Source: Octopus sinensis (taxonomy: Eukaryota). Taken from it: a stretch of DNA of 27,276 nucleotides. Location: NCBI RefSeq assembly GCF_006345805.1, contig NW_021834038.1, forward strand, positions 1 through 27,276, written 5' to 3'. Below the pieces are notes generated by a model that had not been told where the DNA came from, did not search any database, and saw only the letters and a list, made by a program, of their open reading frames with translations. Below, in pieces: positions 22,986-27,276 of this stretch (its first letter is position 1; every line of letters begins with the position of its first letter). A program made the translations under genes and the position numbers.

Positions 22986-23669
22986 ATTTATTTATTTTCA
23001 TTGTGGATCAATACTATGAATATAAGAAATTTGCGTGCGTTCATTGAAGAGTAAAGAAATAAGTATTTCATTTCAAAATATGACTTCTGTTCACATAGCA
23101 CGGAGTATTAGTAAGAGGTCAAACTGTTGTCGAGCGAAGCCTACAATAGGGTTTCAATTCTTGATTTAAAGAAATTTCACGTAATCACAAAACCTAATAA
23201 AGCCATACACGTTTTAATGCTTTTATTTATTTATATGTATAGGTGTACGTACACACACACATATATGTATTGCTGTTATGTTGAAACAGGTGATACGGGA
23301 AAGTCCAGCATTGACGGCAAAACATTTGTGGAGTAAATGATGGTCTAACAGGCCCTAAACTGTCATTGAGAATTGGGCTTGGGAGGTATGTTATTTTTTG
23401 AACGCACTGAAAAGCTGTCAGTGGATATACTCTCCTTTGTGGCGATCGATGCCTCGTTTAACACAAGTCACCGCATGACTGTCAGTCGAATGAATGTAGG
23501 TGTAATGGAGATATTGTACATAAATGGGTACATTCCAGAAAGGAGCTGCAATGGGAGACGGCAACGGGGAAGTGAACTGTTGAAGTGCTGCAGAAGGTGA
23601 AGGGTTGACATTGGATTGCGTGTGTGGCTGTAGAATAAGAAACATAAACTGAGTTAATGAGAATATGTA

Positions 23670-23845
23670 GGCGCAGGAGTGGCTGTGTGGAAAGTAGCTT
23701 GTTTACCAGCCACATGGTTCCGGGTTCAGTCCCACTGTGTGGCAGCTTGGGCAAGTGTTTTCTGCTATAGCCTCGGGCCGACCAAAGCCTTGTGAGTGGA
23801 TTTGGTAGGCGGAAACTGAAAAGAAGCCCGTCGTATATATGTATA

Positions 23846-23893
<48 letters not shown>

Positions 23894-24080
23894 GCATGTG
23901 TGTATTTGTCCCCTTAGCATTGCTTGACAACCGATGCTGGTGTGTTTATGTCCCCGTTACCTAGCGGTTCGGCAAAATAGACTGGGCTTACAAAAGAGTA
24001 AGTCCCAGGGTCGAGTTGCTCGATTAAAGGCGGTGCTCCAGTTTGGCCGCAGTCAAATGACTGAAACAAGTAAAAGAGTA
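23670..24080 (+). mobile_element. Full-length family A SINE
   Basis: A-box-like TGGCTGTGTGG, B-box GGGTTCAGTCCC, central (TA)n, tail GACTGAAACAAGTAAAAGAGTA. Confidence 0.9.
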
Positions 24081-24102
24081 ATGAATTACTTGAAAAAAAT
24101 AA

Positions 24103-24594
24103 GGCGTAATGGCCTACCACGTGGTTGGTGGAAGTAATTGGAGAATATGCTTTGATACTGAAAGTCCATGTAGCAAACTGCTTTGTTGGTGCAGTCTTCG
24201 GGTTTGTTAGTATTATTCTGAAATGGTATCCATCTTCACCATTAACAAAGAGCAGTGGATACTGGAGCGCATCATAGGATACAGTAATTCCTACAAAACC
24301 GCTCGGTAAACAATATTCTTAGTTTTCCTTTGAGGAACATATGCAAATAATTTTTTTTTTTGTTGCTCGTGTGTGAAGCACGACTCTTCCAAGTGAAGTG
24401 TTTAACCCAGGGATTCATTGATAGACATTGCGAAGCTGATATGAAAAGAGAATTGCACTCTTCTGAATGTAAAAGGTGTTTCTGCTCTCGATAGAATAAG
24501 AGGAATCCTGGGTATGAAAACATCCTCTCCTTTTCGACATCCAGGGAGAATGGTGGCGTCAAGGTGGATCCAAATTCCTCAATAACATTACTGG
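24103..24594 (-). pseudogene. Decayed Helitron RepHel coding relic: Pif1-like helicase C-terminus (24594-24291) followed by a Rep-proximal fragment (24279-24103)
   Basis: Minus strand: PVMLLRNLDPP / DATILPGCRKGEDVFIPRIPL..PFTFRRVQF..SFAMSINESLG*TL..CFTHEQ / KTKNIVYRAVL-stop; then SYDALQYPLLFVNGEDGYH / MDF / FHQ. Contains deletions, frameshifts and a stop. Confidence 0.88.
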
Positions 24595-24599
24595 ATTAT

Positions 24600-24740
24600 T
24601 TACAATTGACGAATATTTGTCCTCATCTTTGTTCTTAACACAACGTTTCGGCTGATATACCCTCCAGCCTTCATCAGGTGTCTTGGGGAAATTTTGAACC
24701 TAGGTTCCCATTCCTAAGGTATTTTTCGATGTCGCTGTTA
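24600..24740 (-). mobile_element. Penelope-like element terminal-repeat fragment
   Basis: Assigned only from the minimal hammerhead motif it carries; no RT or GIY-YIG ORF here. Confidence 0.55.
24637..24682 (-). ncRNA. Minimal type I hammerhead ribozyme motif
   Basis: Minus strand GACAC-CUGAUGA-A-GGCUG(GAGGGUAUAU)CAGCC-GAAAC-GUU-GUGUU: conserved core, 5-bp stem II, stem I GACAC/GUGUU, palindromic ACGU stem III. Confidence 0.75.
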
Positions 24741-24812
24741 TTATTATCATAATAACATATATAACATTTCCCCGCCAAATGGCTTGTCTTATATCCTAAT
24801 TACGAATCAATA

Positions 24813-25021
24813 TGGCTGAGTTGGCAAAATCGTTCCAGCGACGTAAGAAATGTTTTGCAATATTTCGATCCTTTTCGTTCTCAGTTCAAATCCTACCCAG
24901 ATCAGCTTCACCTCACATCCTTTCGGGGTTGATGAAATAACTACGAGTCAAGTACTGGGGTCGATGGGATCGAAGCACCTCCTTTCTCGAATTTGCTGGC
25001 GTTGTGCCAAAATTTGAAACC
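24813..25021 (+). mobile_element. Family B SINE whose tail runs into the (ATT)n array
   Basis: TGGCAAAATCGTT..AGTTCAAATCC..CATCCTTTCGGGGTTGATGAAA..CCAAAATTTGAAACC(ATT)n. Confidence 0.8.
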
Positions 25022-25270
25022 ATTATTATTATTATTATTATAATAATTATTATTATTATTATTATTATTATCATTATTATTATTATTATTATCATTATTA
25101 TTATTATCATCATTATCATTATTATTATCATTATTATTATTATTATCATTATTATTATTATTATTATTATTATATTATTATCATTATTATTATTATTATC
25201 ATTATTATTATTATTATTATATTATTATTATTATCATTATTAATTATCATTATTCTTATCATTATTATTA

Positions 25271-25301
<31 letters not shown>

Positions 25302-25326
25302 CATTATTATTATTATTATTATTATT
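25022..25326. repeat. (ATT)n/(ATC) microsatellite
   Basis: Direct reading. Confidence 0.97.
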
Positions 25327-25690
25327 CAGTAGTTTTATTTTTTAGCGTGCTTTCACTTCACTACCGAGCGCAGCTCTGTGTGCTTTGGGTATGTGCTGTG
25401 ATTTGTTGTGATGCTCTGATGGTTATTGTATGGAAAGTGTTCTGCGTAGGATGTGTGCAGTGCCTAGTAGTGCAATTTTCTGTATGTTATATGTGTTTGT
25501 AGTCCTGGTGTTTTTTGTATGTATTTATCTGAATATTTTTTTATGCCTACTATGATAGGAATTGTTTTTCTGTTTCAGGTTCCACATTCTAGTTACCTCT
25601 ATTTCCAGGTCTTTGTATTTTGAGAGTTTCTCCATTCTTTTAGTGACACGTTGTCATCTGCCGGTATTGATACATCAATTAGAAAGCATA
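25327..25690 (-). mobile_element. 5'-truncated R4/Dong-clade non-LTR retrotransposon (restriction-like endonuclease C-terminus plus 3' UTR)
   Basis: Minus strand with small indels: CFLIDVSIPADDNVSLKE / EKLSKYKDLEIEVTRMWNLK / TIPIIVG / KKYSDKYIQKTPG / NIQKIALLGTAHILRRTLSIQ-stop (TAA 25425-25423). Flanked on both sides by (TAA)n. Confidence 0.85.
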
Positions 25691-25691
25691 T

Positions 25692-25754
25692 TTTATTATT
25701 ATATTATTATTATTATCATTATTATTATTATTATTATCATTATTATTATCATTA

Positions 25755-25787
<33 letters not shown>

Positions 25788-26252
25788 CATTATTATCATT
25801 ATTATTATTATTATTATCATTATTATTATCATTATTATTATTATTATCATTATTATTATTATTATTATATTATCTTTATTATCATTATTATTATCATTAT
25901 TATTATCATTATTATTATTATTATTATTACATTATTATTATTTATTCTCATTATATTATCATTATTATTATTATCATTATCATTATTATTATCATTATCA
26001 TTATTATTATCATTATCATTATCATTATTATTATCATTATCATTATTATTATCATTATCATTATTATTATTATTATCATTATTATTATCATTATTATTAT
26101 TATTATTATCATTATTATTATCATTATTATCATTATCATTATTATTATTATTATCATTATTATCATTATTATTATCATTATCATTATTATTATCATTATC
26201 ATTATTATTATCATTATCATTATCATTATTATTATCATTATCATTATTATTA

Positions 26253-26296
<44 letters not shown>

Positions 26297-26310
26297 GTTG
26301 TTGTTGTTGT
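25692..26310. repeat. (ATT)n/(ATC) microsatellite ending in (GTT)n
   Basis: Direct reading. Confidence 0.97.
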
Positions 26311-27019
26311 TATATGATTCCACCAAGTCACACACTGACCTCCTTTTCTTTCCATTCGGGCCGGCTGTCTTTATAAATCTATAAAATCTTGACGTATATC
26401 GGTTAAGGCTTCAAACAAGCGCCAGATGGGAAAGAGAGTAGCTATCAATACCCAACTCGGTGAGAGGGCCCCATTGTACGACACAGCAGTAGATAAAGGT
26501 AAAGATGTAGGGTAAGATAGGTGGACGTATAGGTATTAAAGAACTCAGATAAAGGTGAGAGATTTATTTCTCAGGGGGGAGGGCACAATTGGCTCTAAAA
26601 CATCCACCATGACAAATATAATTAACTGATCCCCACCACCTGTATTTTATTATCGTTGTCAAGGTAATAATATGTGTAATTGATACTTGGTCCCTCTGTT
26701 TACTGCTAAAACCCCGCTAAACTTTGGTTGTGTTGGCGGGATTGGATTATAGTTTTATCGGCTACAAAAATATATTTTGTTCATTTAATTGTTTTCTTTC
26801 TTCTTTTAACCTTTCCGTGCTTTCTTTCTTGTACACAGAAACATATCCCCCACCTGTGTGGTGTGTGTGTGTGTGTGTGTTATATTTTTATGGCTGAAGT
26901 CTGTAGAGAATAGGCTACCAGCATTCATGGCACTTACCACCCTATCCGAAATCAGAGCCAGAAAGTAAATTGTCGGTCCCAAAACGCTGTTTTGCGACGG
27001 ACTGCCAGTTTTTTTATAC

Positions 27020-27163
27020 CCGTCCATCCGTCCGTCCGTCCGTCCGTCCGTCCATCCATCCATCCATCCATCCATCCATCCATCCATCCATACATACATA
27101 CATAGACACACACACACACACACACATACACACATACATACATACATACATACATACATACAT
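27020..27163. repeat. Compound (CCGT)n(CCAT)n(CA)n(TACA)n microsatellite
   Basis: Direct reading. Confidence 0.95.
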
Positions 27164-27168
27164 GTATA

Positions 27169-27276
27169 GGCGCATTACCTAGTGGTTAGATCGTTGCACC
27201 CACGATCGCAAGATCGTTGGTTCGACTCCCAGGCCGGGTGGTTTGTTCTGTTCTCGAGCAAAACGCTTTATTTCGC
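27169..27276 (+). mobile_element. tRNA-derived SINE head, family C (cut by window end)
   Basis: GGCGC..TAGTGGTT A-box-like, GGTTCGACTCCC B-box, then a non-tRNA body GTTCTCGAGCAAAAC; matches the reverse complement of 6105-6200. Confidence 0.75.

Noticed and set aside
23418-23630. Minus-strand Ser/Pro-rich frame after a good acceptor (PHTQSNVNPSPSAALQQFTSPLPSP)
   Set aside because: No recognisable domain, strong donor or partner exon.
24913-26376. Poly-Ile, poly-Tyr and poly-Asn ORFs
   Set aside because: Translations of (ATT)n microsatellites.
27169-27240. tRNA-like A and B boxes here and in family A/B heads
   Set aside because: No convincing cloverleaf; each continues into a repeated SINE body.

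Overview
Eukaryotic, AT-rich, repeat-dense genomic DNA. The SINE families resemble those I recall from octopus genomes (inference, no search run). Host genes on the + strand: the last coding exon of a GAPR-1/GLIPR2-type CAP-domain gene (4023-4189), and two spliced exons (16631-16781 and 17596-19357) of a divergent BTB-BACK protein with a degenerate kelch-like C-terminus; its start codon was not found. The rest is mobile DNA and simple repeats: an L1/Tx1 LINE endonuclease region, many tRNA-derived SINEs, a hAT-type MITE containing a Helentron-associated (HINE/DINE-1-like) element, a non-autonomous Helitron, a domain-permuted Helitron RepHel relic, a Penelope-type minimal hammerhead ribozyme, a Dong/R4 retrotransposon 3' end inside an (ATT)n array, a ~170 bp foldback, and long microsatellites. 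Most ORFs in the supplied track are microsatellite translations. I found no CRISPR array, rRNA or true tRNA, and no clearly new multi-gene system. The best leads are the ribozyme, the permuted Helitron relic, an unusually similar inverted SINE pair, and the atypical BTB protein.
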